A DNA stretch of 64,000 nucleotides from Octopus sinensis (Eukaryota): the NCBI RefSeq assembly GCF_006345805.1, contig NC_043009.1:19840001-19904000 (forward strand). Direction: 5' to 3'. Under the pieces are notes generated by a model. The model was not told the DNA's origin, made no database searches, and saw only the letters and a list, made by a program, of their open reading frames with translations. The position numbers were made by a program, and so were the translations under genes. Of this stretch, positions 13,391-26,901 are shown in pieces. How positions within the stretch are numbered: position 1 is the first letter of the stretch; every line of letters begins with the position of its first letter.

Positions 13391-13472
<82 letters not shown>

Positions 13473-14570
13473 GTATAATTTAATCTGTATATAATAACTA
13501 TGTATACTCAACAGCAATATGTATAAACACATACAAAAAAAAGTACTTAATTTCTTTGAAATATCTGCAGTTTTATTGAAGAATTATTTTATAAATGTAG
13601 GATATTAAATTTCAGTAATGTTTAGATAAATTTATCCCAAAGATTTTCTTTTACTACAGAAGAAATTTTCAAATTAAATTGAGAGACATAGGGAAAAATG
13701 CGAGTTGAAAACCTTTTGCCAACTACGTGCATATTTAGTTTGCCATCACATTAATAATATTCATTTGGCAATGTGAATTCTTCATATAGATTTCTTTCAT
13801 AAAAATTTTCCACATGACTTCATATTTATTTACTGTGAAAGTGTAAACTTCTATAGTTTAACAACATCTCGTTTTACTTTTCAATAAAAATAAACTGGAA
13901 TGTCTTTTTAAAATGTTAAGTTTTTATTTGAGATTCACTTTTGAAAACGAAAACATTTCATACGATTTATGAAGTCAAAATATCGCATAAGTGTGTCTTT
14001 CTATAAAATATACTTTAATTTGTATATAAATATGCATGCATACACAATGAAATATCGCTAGCTTTATTGAACAATTATTTTATAAATATTTGATCATTCC
14101 AAAGTTGACTGAAGTTCATTTTAAATTTTTACTTCTCAATATTTTCCTACTTGGCTGTTATTAATATTTAATATTTACAAATATCCTTTATTTTATTAAA
14201 ATTTAATATATAATCACTCGATGTTTGGCTGCATGTACATCAGAACTGAACAATGTGCCACTTGCTACGATTCAATAGTCAAACATTGACTGATTTCTAC
14301 GACACCGATCAATCAAAGTTTGTGAATTCTGTCGATATATCGAATTACTAGTGTTGTTGTTGTTGGTGGAGGTGGTGGTGGTCGTGTTGGTGGTGTTTGT
14401 TGTGTGGAGAAGGGAAATAAATTGGATGTAGTTTTTACAATTGCTAGATTAGATGTTATTGGAGAGAACTACAGGGAAAGCAAAGAGGACAATGTATGAT
14501 CATGTGTATGTATGTACACGGTTGTACATGTGTGTGTGTGTGGATGCATGTGTGTGTGTGTGTATGTCTG

Positions 14571-14607
<37 letters not shown>

Positions 14608-17385
14608 TGTGATGGAGCCACATTAGAATGTATGGGGACATTGTTTTGTGTTTAAAATTTAAAATTTCGTTTTAATTGTTGTTGTTGTTGAAATTATTGA
14701 TTGCGCCTGCTGCCAAGTATTTGGACAGAGTTTAACACTGGCGTAGTTCTTTATAATGGAATTATTCATGCAAAATTATTCCAACTAACATGAAAATTTA
14801 TTTAGGAGATGATGACAGAGCTTTTGACACATAAAGCATAGGTTGTCAACGTTAACGTAAATAGTAACAACTCGCAGTTGGAAGAGAAGTAATTATGTTG
14901 CCAATAGCTCTAGTTAGAATATTTAGTATTAATAGCTGGAGTGGTTATTGCTTCTGTGAGTTTTAGAGAGAAAAAAAAATTACTACTGTTTATTTATTTA
15001 TATTTTTGTTTTGTATATATTATTGTTGTTGTTGTAATGATATTTTTTTTCAAAGATCCTCTGATCAGAGTGGATGTACTGGTCTCTCTATCTGTCATGG
15101 AAGCATACTTAATGCATCTTCATTAAGCTGCTAATTCTAACTGATGGCTCTGCTAGAACTCCACATGGGATTAGTGAGCCAGCTTTAAAGACACAAATTG
15201 GCTCACTACAAACAAACACATCCACTCTAAAAATCTGTGAATTCGATTTAATCAAAATCCCTAAGGAGTATAGACATAGGAATTGTTTAGCAAATCCATC
15301 TCGATATTGTTGGATTTACAACTTTTCATGGTTTTTAAACAACAAATTGCTAAAATCTAATGGTACCTTGAGCTGTTATTGTTTGTCTTGCTATTGAAAG
15401 AGTGCTAAATGATATTTAAAGCACACTTTAGCACACAAAGGCTCTTAAACGACTCAACTACGACACATCGAAAAATCTGTCTGTTCAAAAGAACACATAG
15501 AAACAATTGTTTTAATTAAGCATAAAGATGTGAAATTGCTTTCTTTGTTCACAAAAATTGCTTTAAAAAGCATGAATACATTTTATCATTGATAATTCTA
15601 AAAAAGAAAAAAAAGAAATTTTTTCCTTTGTCTTTGAAAGATTAGTGCATTACTATTCCACACAGGAGCGGCAGTTATCACTAAAGTATTAAAAAGTTTG
15701 CTTAAAGCAGGATGTTTTTACTGGAGGATCAGTGAATAAAGCTTGATCGTAATGCAACTGCTCTGCTATTATTGACGCTCTTCTTGATTAGAAAGATTTC
15801 AAAAAAAGATATAAATAATCAAATTTGTTAACAAATAAAAATGAAACTTTACTTCTGTTCAGTGGTTTAATATTTAGATTTCAGGATAAAAGTTTTCAAA
15901 TGCAAACTTTACCCGAAACTGAAAGAAATAAGAATAAAATAAAATAGAATAAAATAAAATCTAATGGTGTCTGAAACCCAAACTGTTTTTGGCTGTTTGC
16001 AAGATAAGACGACTGCGAAATTAATGACATCTTTTGAAAAATCACCTTTGAAGCCTTCTGGAAAAATGCTTTTCTTTCCAAGGATCAAAAAGAATTTTTT
16101 AAAATTATGTTTGGACTATAAATTCATTATGCAAAATCAATACAAATTTTGAGGTTGCATTGTCGATCTATGTTTTGATAGTATTCAAATGTTCCAAAAG
16201 CACTATTTTGTGGTGACTCAGAAATAGCATGACGGTTCTAATGACAAAAGCAAATAAAACAAAAACAAACAAACAAAAGCAAATGAAAATAAAAACAAAT
16301 AAAAACAAAACAAAACAAAAAGCAAAGTGAATTGTCTTCATCTAAGTTTGGGTTAAATGGCATATTAATGGAGGAAAACCTTGAATCCAATCAAAACTCA
16401 GTTGTTATTTTTCTTGATATTATTTTCGCTTAATGGCTTTATTTGGAAGCTACTTGCAGTAGTTTTAATGTTAGTACGAAGACAATAAAGGAATAAATTA
16501 AAAATTCAATATTTTTATTTCATCATTAAAACTTCACCTTACAGAGGTATGAAATTCTCTCCATTTTTTTCAAAAACCAAAACAACAACAACAACAACAA
16601 AAAAACAATTTTATTTCCCATTTTCTTAATGTGTCTTATCACAACTTGATTTGTTTTTGTTTTTTTTTCTTCTATGTGTGTGTCTTTCTTTCTAAGAATT
16701 ATTTTTAAAAAATGATAAACAAAGCACCAACACAAACAGTTCTATAGGGACTCCTTCAAATGTTCAAAATATAAATAAATAAATATAAATTTTATCATTG
16801 AAAGTTTTTTTGAAAAATAAACTTTAAAGATTAGATGAAAAGAGGGCAATAGCAGTGACAGAGTCGTCGATTGAGCAGGAAAAATAATTTTGCCATACAA
16901 TATGGTGATGGCATTATGAAAAGATCTTGTGCAGTGAATATGATTGTGATGTTGATAATGATGATGATGATGATGATAACATTAATGGTGGCCAATGTAT
17001 GAAATAGAAACGTAAGGCTGCTGTTTATGATGGTGATGATGATGATGATGATGTCGTTGTTGTTGTTGTTATTGTGAAGAGATTAAATATTAGAAATAAT
17101 AGTTAATATTATTCTGGAGGTCTCCGAATTTAAATTAAATAATATCCTGCAAAATTTGATGAAAGAGAAAATAGGCAAGAGAGATAGGAAGGGGGGGGTG
17201 GCAGAGAGAAAGAGAGGGAAAGAGAGACAAAGATGGAGTGGGAGAAGGAAAGAGAGAGAGAGTGAGGGAGAGAGAAGGAGAGAGATTTAATTCTGAAATG
17301 ATCTTTCTTTTAAAGGGGAAATGGAGGTTCACATCAATGTATGTGTGTGTGTGTGTGTATGTGTATGTACATACACATATATATC

Positions 17386-17453
<68 letters not shown>

Positions 17454-17481
17454 CTACATGAGCATGTGTGTGTATATATAT

Positions 17482-17644
17482 AGGCGCAGGAGTGGCTGTG
17501 TAGTAAGTAGCTTGCTTACCAACCACATGGTTCCAGGTTCAGTCCCATTGTGTGGCACCTTGGACAAGTGTCTTCTACTATAGCCTCTGACTGACCAAAG
17601 CCTTGTGAGTGGATTTGGTAGACAGAAACTGAAAGAAGCCTGTC

Positions 17645-17646
<2 letters not shown>
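17482..17646 (+). mobile_element. tRNA-derived SINE family 2 (near intact)
   Basis: GGCGCAGGAGTGGCTGTG (A box) and GGTTCAGTCCC (B box). The body GGATTTGGTAGACAGAAACTGAAAGAAGCC ends in (TA)n. Confidence 0.85.
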
Positions 17647-17684
<38 letters not shown>

Positions 17685-17717
17685 ATGATGATGATTATAT
17701 ATATATATACATACATA

Positions 17718-17763
<46 letters not shown>

Positions 17764-17764
17764 T

Positions 17765-17920
17765 GATCGGAGCAATCTCAAGATTAATCAGCCGAAATTG
17801 CGAAGATGATCTGGTTCTTGACTGATGACTGAGAGCTTCGAAAGTCCCGTCCGTGTTTTTTTTGTCGTCTTCTGAATGTTTCACATTCTTGTCCCAGTTT
17901 GTGTATTTTTTTAACTTTTA
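17765..17920. repeat. interspersed repeat family, copy 2 (partial)
   Basis: Direct similarity to about 6630-6790. Confidence 0.85.
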
Positions 17921-17974
17921 CATATATATATATATATATATGTATCTATGTGTGTGTATATGTTTGTATGTGTG

Positions 17975-18135
17975 TGTCACCCAACATCGCTTGACAACCG
18001 AACTTAGCAGTTCGGCAAAAGAAACCGATAGAATAAGTACTAGGCTTACAAAGAATAAGTCCTTGGATCATTTAGCTTGACTAAAGGTGGTGCTCCAGCA
18101 TGGCCACAGTCAAATGACTGAAACAAGTAAAAGAA
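17975..18135 (+). mobile_element. SINE 3' part (GTGCTCCAGCATGGCCACAG..TGACTGAAAC tail)
   Basis: Recognised SINE tail. A related decayed copy lies near 33690-33830 on the opposite strand. Confidence 0.55.
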
Positions 18136-18449
18136 TATATATGTATTTAATATTTTGGGACGAATGGGTATATGTCGATTAGTGTGTTGAAGTGTTGAGT
18201 GGAGCAGTGGCAAAGTTAGGGCTGCCTGGAGTCATCCACAGTCAGGGTATATTTCTGCTGGATCTGCTGCAGACCCAGACTGCAAAATTGATCCAACACA
18301 ATATGTTGAAAGGACATAAGGGACAGTAACAGGATGAATCAAAAATAAAGAGTAATATCAAGTCCATCAGGTCATTACTTAAGGAATTATCATTATTATT
18401 ATATTATTATTATTATTATTATTATTATTTTATTATTATTATATCATCA

Positions 18450-18487
<38 letters not shown>

Positions 18488-18491
<4 letters not shown>

Positions 18492-18980
18492 ATAAGCAAC
18501 AAGGATATCCAGAGGTAATGCAGTACGATCGTTTCAAGCAACTCCATTTAAGTGAACAATGCAATCATTACATCAATTTAAATGCTGCATAAAGACATAT
18601 AATTTAATTAAATTAAAACAGATGGACACATTAGTATAGTTTTGCCTAACATCTCCAAGAAGGTAAGGAGATAGACAAAGAACATGCTGTCTTCACTTCA
18701 GCTTAGAAGCTTCTAAGCTGAAGTGAAGACAGTATGTTCTTTGTCAATCTCCTTGAAGTGAAGACAGCATGTTCTTTGTCTATCTCCTTACCTTCTTGAA
18801 GATTTTAGGTAAAATTATACTAATGTGTCCATCTGTTTTAATTTTATTTAATTCTATGTCTTTATGCAGCTGAGGATTGCTCTGCATTTAAATTGATGTA
18901 ATGATTGCATTGTTCAATTAAATGGAGTTACTTGAAACGATTGTATTGCATTACCTCTGGATATCCTTGTTGCTTATTTT
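18488..18980. repeat. about 490 bp loop-less palindrome of a hammerhead-bearing repeat
   Basis: The left arm AAAATAAGCAACAAGGATATCCAGAGG... is the reverse complement of the right arm ...CCTCTGGATATCCTTGTTGCTTATTTT. The centre TTCAGCTTAGAAGCTTCTAAGCTGAA lies at 18709/18710. The right arm has an extra ~35 bp tandem duplication. Confidence 0.95.
18864..18951 (+). ncRNA. type I hammerhead ribozyme (minimal, Penelope/retrozyme-like)
   Basis: ATGCAG-CTGAGGA-long stem II-GAAAC-GATT-GTA-TTGCAT. It has the CUGANGA and GAAA cores, a GUA cleavage triplet, stem I ATGCAG/TTGCAT and a very short stem III. Confidence 0.6.
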
Positions 18981-19148
18981 TATATGTATATATATTTCAG
19001 TGTGTGTGTGTGTGTGGTGTGTTATTTATACATATATACATACATGTGTATATATATACATTCAGATATATGTAATTACATATAGGCCTACATATATTCG
19101 TACATGCAGGTATGCATATATACATACACACACACACACACACCACAC

Positions 19149-19192
<44 letters not shown>

Positions 19193-19194
<2 letters not shown>

Positions 19195-19540
19195 GGTCCC
19201 GGGTTGATTCGGGGTTTACCACAGTAAATAAGGTACTCAATACATAGCAGAGTAAATTAATTTATTATATAGAAGGAGCTTCTACAGGACTAGAACTGTT
19301 TCATTCAAGAGAAATCTTCAGGAAGCTAGTTAACAAGAATTGTATTGGCATTTATACATTTAGGCAGGTTTAAAGGGGTGGTGGTGGGGGACTTTTTGGG
19401 GGTAGGCATAGCGCAAAATATCATACTTGGGGAGTGGTCAAGGAGTCAGTGGTAATTTAGATAAAAGAATAAATAAAAAATAAAAAAAAAAAAAATATAT
19501 AATATACAAAAGAATAGAGTTTTAGGTAATAAGGAGATTC
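19193..19540 (-). mobile_element. Penelope-like pseudo-LTR fragment
   Basis: Carries a hammerhead followed by AATAAA and is embedded in (TA)n, an architecture typical of Penelope pLTRs (inference). Confidence 0.5.
19277..19327 (-). ncRNA. type I hammerhead ribozyme
   Basis: Minus strand AGCTTC-CTGAAGA-TTTCTCTTGAAT-GAAA-CAG-TTCTAGTC-CTG-TA-GAAGCT. Stems I and III are perfect, the cleavage triplet is GUA, and stem II has a U.U pair at its base. Confidence 0.65.
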
Positions 19541-20960
19541 TCACTTATACCTATACCATATGTATACATATATACACACATACATACATATATACATACA
19601 CACATACATACACACACACACATATACATATATATACACATACACATACATATACATATCTACACATACACAATATATATATATATATATATACATACAC
19701 TCACTCACATGCATACACGTATACACACATGTATATATACACAAACGACCACACATACATATACACACAGAAAAATATATATACATACATACACACATAC
19801 ACACATGCACACACAGCACACTAGTCCCTATATACACATATATACACATACACACACATATATACATACACATACATACACATACATATATATATATAAT
19901 ATATATATATATATACATATGTGTACCTATACATACCTACACATACACACATATATATACATACAAATACAGACCCATTCCCTAATTTTAATTTTAATTC
20001 TTCATTTATTACTTTTGTTATCTTTGACCGCTGGTCCCAGGATCTTGGCTATGACAGCAAGTCCATTTATCTGTCTACTTGAAAACAAGCACTCATTCAC
20101 GCATGCACACTCATTAGCACGTACACTCACTCATTCGTACACTCATACACATACACGCACGCACGCGTTATATTCATACATACATACATCTACATACATT
20201 CACGTATATACACATACGTACGCGTACCTACAGATTCATGTCTACACTCTTAGAAGGCTAGTCTATACATATACACCAATAAATATATATATATACACAC
20301 ATACATATACACCTACATACAAATACACACACATATATATATAATATATATATATATATATAACATACATATATATTACACACATATATACATATATATA
20401 TATACACACAAATATATATACACACCATATATACACACATACACACATACATATACACACATACACATACATACGTATACATACATACATACATCCATAC
20501 ATCCATACATACATACATTTATACACATACACACACCCTATATATATTATACACACACATACATACATATACATACATACATATCAAATATATACGCACA
20601 CACATACATACATACACATATACACATACACGCACATACACATGTACATGCGTACCCATACACACACACACACACACGCGCATCCATATATACACACACA
20701 CACATATACATGTGTGCAAACATACATACATACTCATACACGCACACACACTTACATATACATATATGCACACACTTACACACATATATACATACACATA
20801 TACATACATACATACATACATATATGCATACATACACACACACATATATATATATACATACATACACATACACATACCTATACATATATATACACACATA
20901 TATATACACATGCACATACTTATATCTCTACATACTCGCATATTCATATATATATATATA

Positions 20961-21020
<60 letters not shown>

Positions 21021-21261
21021 TACATACACCTATATACATGTATATATACACACACATATATATATATATACAGATCTACAATTTGTATCTACACTCACAT
21101 ACATGCACATACACATAACTCTACATACCTACATATACATCGACATACTCGCGTACACTCATATATATACACATATCTACATATACACACACACATACAT
21201 ATACATATACACATATATATATATATAAACATATACATAATACACATATACACACACATAC

Positions 21262-21333
<72 letters not shown>

Positions 21334-21425
21334 CATACATACACATATATATACATACATACACATATACATACATGTACATATATACATACACATATAC
21401 ATATATATACACACACATACATATA
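19540..21425. repeat. about 1.9 kb compound CA/TA/CATA microsatellite (short unique interruption near 19975-20100)
   Basis: Read directly. It is the source of many IYIY/HTHT junk ORFs. Confidence 0.95.
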
Positions 21426-21725
21426 TCAACAATTGAGGGTAAAGTTAATTAGTTATTAATCAATTTCACCAAGTATTCAGTATGTAAAAGGACCATTATT
21501 ATTTTGAGTAAACAATGTTTGAGGGAAAATATTCTCTAAGTAGTGGAAGAGGCTAAAAAACTTTTTGGCTGCTATTTCTAGAAGTTCAGTATGTGGCAAA
21601 ATAATTTATTTTACTAAGCCCTAATTATATAATATTTTATACATACATACACATACATACACACATACATATACACATACATATGCATACACACATATAT
21701 ATACATACATACATATATACATATA

Positions 21726-21756
<31 letters not shown>

Positions 21757-21758
21757 GC

Positions 21759-21792
<34 letters not shown>

Positions 21793-22129
21793 TTACATAC
21801 ATACACACACACACACACATAATACATGCGTATATTCCTACTATACCCATACATTTCTATACATATATACGATACACAAGTGTATTTATATATATATATA
21901 AATACACACATACATACACATGATGGAAGTTGATTCAGTAATGTGTGTGACCAATAACTGTAAATGAGCAGCAAAGCAAAGACGACCGTTTGGCGAATGG
22001 TTTGGTCAATATTTACAACAAATATATCAATGTCTCTTCTCAGTCAAATGCAATGCAGAATCATAGCAGTTGGTCACTGAGTACAGACTTGCAATAGGAA
22101 GACACCTAAAATATCATTTTCTCAGGTTT

Positions 22130-22490
22130 GTTGTGAAATATTGACAGGACATTGGAAGAATTAAACAATTGGAGTTTTTTCAGTATAGGTGTCTTTGACT
22201 GCTTCTGAAACTATCTTGAAAAGACTATGAAAGTGAATGATAGAAGTTGTCTCACGTCATGACAGACTAAGGTGAGATGGCCATATATGTAGCATGGAAA
22301 GGAGAAGGGATTCTGAAGCATATAGTTTATGGAGAACCATGTGCTAGGAAAAGACACCCCTCTCACCAGCCAAAGTTAAGAAATAAAGACTGCTTCAAGT
22401 CTGATCTCAAAAAGAAAGTTGATATCTTGAACATTGATAAATAATTGCAATTAAGAGGAAAGGAATTATAGAGATGAAAAATACATCCAA
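22130..22490 (+). mobile_element. degenerate RTE LINE relic
   Basis: Broken frames read RL(R)W...ILKHIVYGE..RKRHPSHQPKLRNKDCFKSDLK, matching the same RTE post-RT region. Confidence 0.6.
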
Positions 22491-23039
22491 AAATTTTGAA
22501 GAGAATTGCTTTAAATATGTAGAATTGAGGCACAAACTTTGTAGATAATAATAATTTCCTCAAATGTTTCAATTTGTGACTGAGTTTGTCTTTCTAAGGC
22601 TGGTCTTGTTACCAGTGAAGGATACGTGAACTAAAGTAAGGTAATAATACATCTGAAAGAAACTATTTGCCAAACACATCCATCCATCCATCCATCCATG
22701 CATCCATCCATCCATGCATACATATATACATGTATGCATGTATGTATGATTGCATGCATGAGCGAGTGAGTGAGTGTGTTTGTACTCAGGTTCCTTCTAC
22801 TTGCCACCATTTGCTAATTGTAAACGAATCACAGAAGTGGTGTCATTCATTTGAAATCTTCCATGAAAACATGTCTGGCATTGTATTGTAAATGTTCAAA
22901 GAATACAGAGGAATATTACCTTATTTGGAAATAGGTGAGGGGTGTTGAGAATAAGAAATTGAAAATCTATCCCAGCAATAACTCATGCAGAAATGGAAAA
23001 GTAGATATTGATGCTGATGCTGATGATGTATAAAGCATT

Positions 23040-23900
23040 CCAGAATTTTAAAATAATCAGACAAGAATATTACAGACACATTAAACTAGTAGTTAAGACA
23101 GAACTGAATGCTAAGAACAGAGTAATAAACATTAACACATTAGCTATGCCAGTTAATAACTTGTAGATTTCATGTAATAAAAGATGAAGTAAGGAGTTTA
23201 AAGATAAAACAAAAAAAATAAATGAGAATCTTTAGAATTGACCAACAAAAGTAGACATTGATAGGTTATAGTTATCTTTGGTGGAAGAGAATGATGTGAT
23301 TACAAAATCACTAAAAATAGTTTTAATATCACAAAATATAGCAATAGATTAACAGAAATAGTTAAGAAACATTAAAAATTGTATGAAATTATCTCTTTTT
23401 TTCAAGTATGAGGATAAAAATGTTCCAAATAAAAGCTGGAATAATGATGGAGAGGAGGAAGGTATCGCAAAGGAATCTACAGAGAAAAACATAGGATTAA
23501 AGAACTGAAATGTAAAAAGGAATAAAAATACGAAAACATGATAGAGAGATGACAAGAGAAAACCTTTGAACAGACAATATTCTATGATTGTTGAAAGATC
23601 GACCATCAAAAATTACTGGCTTCAAAGATGGAGTTTAAAAGTTGAGAGTGAAAGCTTTCTGATTGTAACATGGGATCAGTGACTTCCTTTTTAAAATCAA
23701 GATAAAAAACATTGTCATTACAAAATAGTTTTTACATGATTGCAGTTGATGTGGAGATTATAAACGATAATATTCTTTCTGGTTGACCATTCCTAATATA
23801 TACCAAAAACACCAACAGACATAACAAAGGAAACTGTGCTGAAACTTCAGTATATACACTGAAAAGAGATGGTAAAAACATCCAAAGCAGATAATTTAAG
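23040..23900 (+). mobile_element. degenerate R4/Dong-like (restriction-endonuclease-type) LINE relic
   Basis: Broken frames give KTELNAKNRV..INTLAMPV, DIDRL(Y)L, KPL(N)RQY, LKVESESFLIVTWDQ.LP and a C..C...I.SG(C)P zinc-knuckle remnant, in R4/Dong order. Confidence 0.6.
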
Positions 23901-24920
23901 AAAATAAATGTGAGTAGCAATACTCTGGGATATGTCTATAGATGCTAAGAGAATATTTAGAGTACAACAGCATGGTGCTGAGTACCAATACTCTGGAATA
24001 TGATTGTAGACAGCAATTGGCAGAACCTCCATGGCAATTTAGTAGAGTCTTTAGATGCCTTGTGGTATTTTTTCAACACCTTTGTATTGTAAGTTCAACT
24101 CCTACCATGACCTACTTGGGTGATAGACTTAACTGAAGAGTCCACTCTTTTGCAAGTAATTGGGATCAGATGTCTTATTTGAGGATCCCTTTCTCCTTCT
24201 CCCTCCAGGCCTGGGATTCCTGTAAAGGATTACTATATCCTTTAGTCTCTCCTCATTGAAGGGTGTACTCACACACAGATTGTGTTCGGGGAGTCTCAGT
24301 GTAAGTGGGGGGACTGGCAGGGTTGTTAGAGCATTGGATAGAGTGACTGACAGTAATTATGCTTACTGCTTCTGTTTGGAGATCAAATCCCAGTGAAGTT
24401 AACATAGCCTTTCCAAATACTAGAAGGTAGTGTTTCCGTCTCTCTCTCCCTCCCTCTCTCTTTCTCTCTGTCTTTCTGCCTCATTTTCTCTCTCTCTCCC
24501 TCTCTTTGGATTTTTCCCATAATTTAAAGGCCCAAACTTTGCTAAATTGCCTCTTGCTGGTTTATTCTGAGAATTTCCTTAATATAATGGTCTGTGAAAC
24601 CCTCAGCCATTTCTCATTTAAGAATTAATCCTATTGGTCAAGCAACTGGACACTCATTGCTGAACCAAACCGAGAATTTCTACCCCAGGATTTGATCTGA
24701 ACCAAACATTTAAAAACCTGATGCAGATGTTTTATAATCATGAATCAGTAAATTTCATCTAATTGTTTATTAATTAAAATAAGAGATTTGATTTGCAGGT
24801 ATTTTGGTTAATTAATGTGACACAGGGTTTAACTGGGAATCAGCTGTAAAGAATTTCTAAAACTTTAGAATCACATCCCAGTTTGAATACCTAATGATGC
24901 TGTTGTTGCCGACATTGTTA

Positions 24921-25100
24921 TCATCATCATCACCATCATCTACCGTCCGTTTTCCATGCTGGCTATGTCTTTGGCTGTTTGACAAGTGGCAGTGAGTCAG
25001 AAGACTGCAACAAACTCCAACACCTTCTTTTGCATGATTTCTACAGCTGGATGCCCTTCCTAATGCCAACCACTTTATAGAGTGTACTGGGTGCTTTTTG
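24921..25100 (-). mobile_element. family-4 repeat
   Basis: (CAT)n..TTTCTACAGCTGGATGCCCTTCCTAATGCCAACCAC. Confidence 0.75.
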
Positions 25101-25549
25101 ACATGTTGTAGATTAACAATATCAAGAATAAATCTACCTAAAAATGGATTAAATTCCTTCACTTATTCTTTACAAACATTAATTCTACCATTTATGGAAG
25201 TTATGGAGATTTAAAAGGACATTCAGATATTATAAAGACTCTTTTTTATACATTGTAGTAATGGTTGTATATTAAAGCTGACAGATATAGTTTAGTTTTA
25301 GGGTCTTCAGATAATACCCTTTTGGTCTGAGAATGTTCATTCATATAAAAATGTGGTAAAAAAGAGTTTATTCACAAGTTTTGTAATTAATGTTTGAAAT
25401 AATAATTAAATGACAGAAATTTTAGCCATTGTTGTTGGGTGTGATGTGATTATAGCAGACAGATGTAGAGAAATGTCTTCACAAGGTTAAAATTTGTATT
25501 GTCTATTGTTGGATAAATCCTATGTTTCCAGGTCAGGACAAAGTGGAAG

Positions 25550-25760
25550 TGAGCTGACAGAATCATCAGCTCATCAGGAGTATTTGTTTTGGCTCCTTTT
25601 GTTCTGAGTTCAAATCCAATAAGATCAATATTGTTTTTTAACCTTTCAAAGTCAATAAACTAAAATACCAGTTAAGTATTGGGGTTGATGGTATTGACTA
25701 ACCCTACCCGACCGCCGTTAAAATTGCTGGCCTTGCACCAAAATTTGAAAACTATTATCA
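25550..25760 (+). mobile_element. family-1 SINE
   Basis: GTTCTGAGTTCAAATCC...TACCAGT..GGCCTTGCACCAAAATTTGAA. Confidence 0.7.
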
Positions 25761-26808
25761 ATGTCATTAAGCAGGATGTGTAATTTAGGACTTCCAAAAA
25801 GTAACTGGATTTTATTTTAAAAATTCCTATTATTAGAAAGACATTTCCAAGCTGTGTCTCATGGAACCCCTACAGCTCATGACTGTTGTCAAAATCTCAT
25901 GGACGGTATTTGGTGTGTTATGGATGGAAAAAGGGTGGAAGTGAGTTAGAAGAAGAAAACAATAGAAGTGTTACTGTTCACAGAAACTTTTAGAAAGGAA
26001 ATACTTTTACACCAGAGACAGGCAGTTGGTGCCACCAAATATAGGGTAGGACTTTAAAGTGAGAAAGGTTATCATTTTCTCAGCCTGCAGATATCTATAT
26101 AATGGTATTCTTTGAGGATTAGGCTGCAGGAACTTACAAAGGCCTGCAAGCTATAACAGATATTTGTTTTATACATTTAGATAAATCTATTCTTTGTTTT
26201 AATGATTCCATGTGCTTTATAAACTATATGCCCTCTGGTAAACAGTTTCAAGAGCCAAAAATAAATAAATAAAACTACAACAACAACAAACATAAACACA
26301 AAGACAAAAACAAAGCATATCTCTCATAGATTGAACAAGTTCCATGGACAGCCAGTACTTCTTATTTTTCTTATTTTACAAGCAAGAAGGATTTAATGGA
26401 AGAAAGATGTTTAAAAGCCATAGTGAAAGATATCAACATTTATCTCCAACTGGTGAATTAAAAACGTTGTTAGTGTAATATGGGGTGGGATGGGGGTGTT
26501 GTGTTGATGCAATAAGGGTGGGGGAGGGATGTTGGAATAACAGAAAGGTGGGGGGGGCTGTCATGGTTTGCTGTTGTTGTTGTTGGTGGTGGTTGTGGTG
26601 GTGATGGTGAGGTGTTCAATGTCAAATGGCACCTTAATGACAATCTAACATAAGACAAACAGCGTCTTTTAAAACTAATGTATTTGTAAACTGGCATTAT
26701 GGAAAGCAAAGACTATGGAGATACATACGTGTAGTAAGCATATGCGTATATGTGTCTTTATATACATACATAGATACATACATACATATCTACATACATA
26801 TATATATA

Positions 26809-26851
<43 letters not shown>

Positions 26852-26870
26852 TAAAATTTATATATATACA

Positions 26871-26901
<31 letters not shown>

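Noticed and set aside
17482-17560. tRNA gene
   Set aside because: A and B boxes are present but there is no cloverleaf, and it continues into a SINE body that recurs many times in the window.
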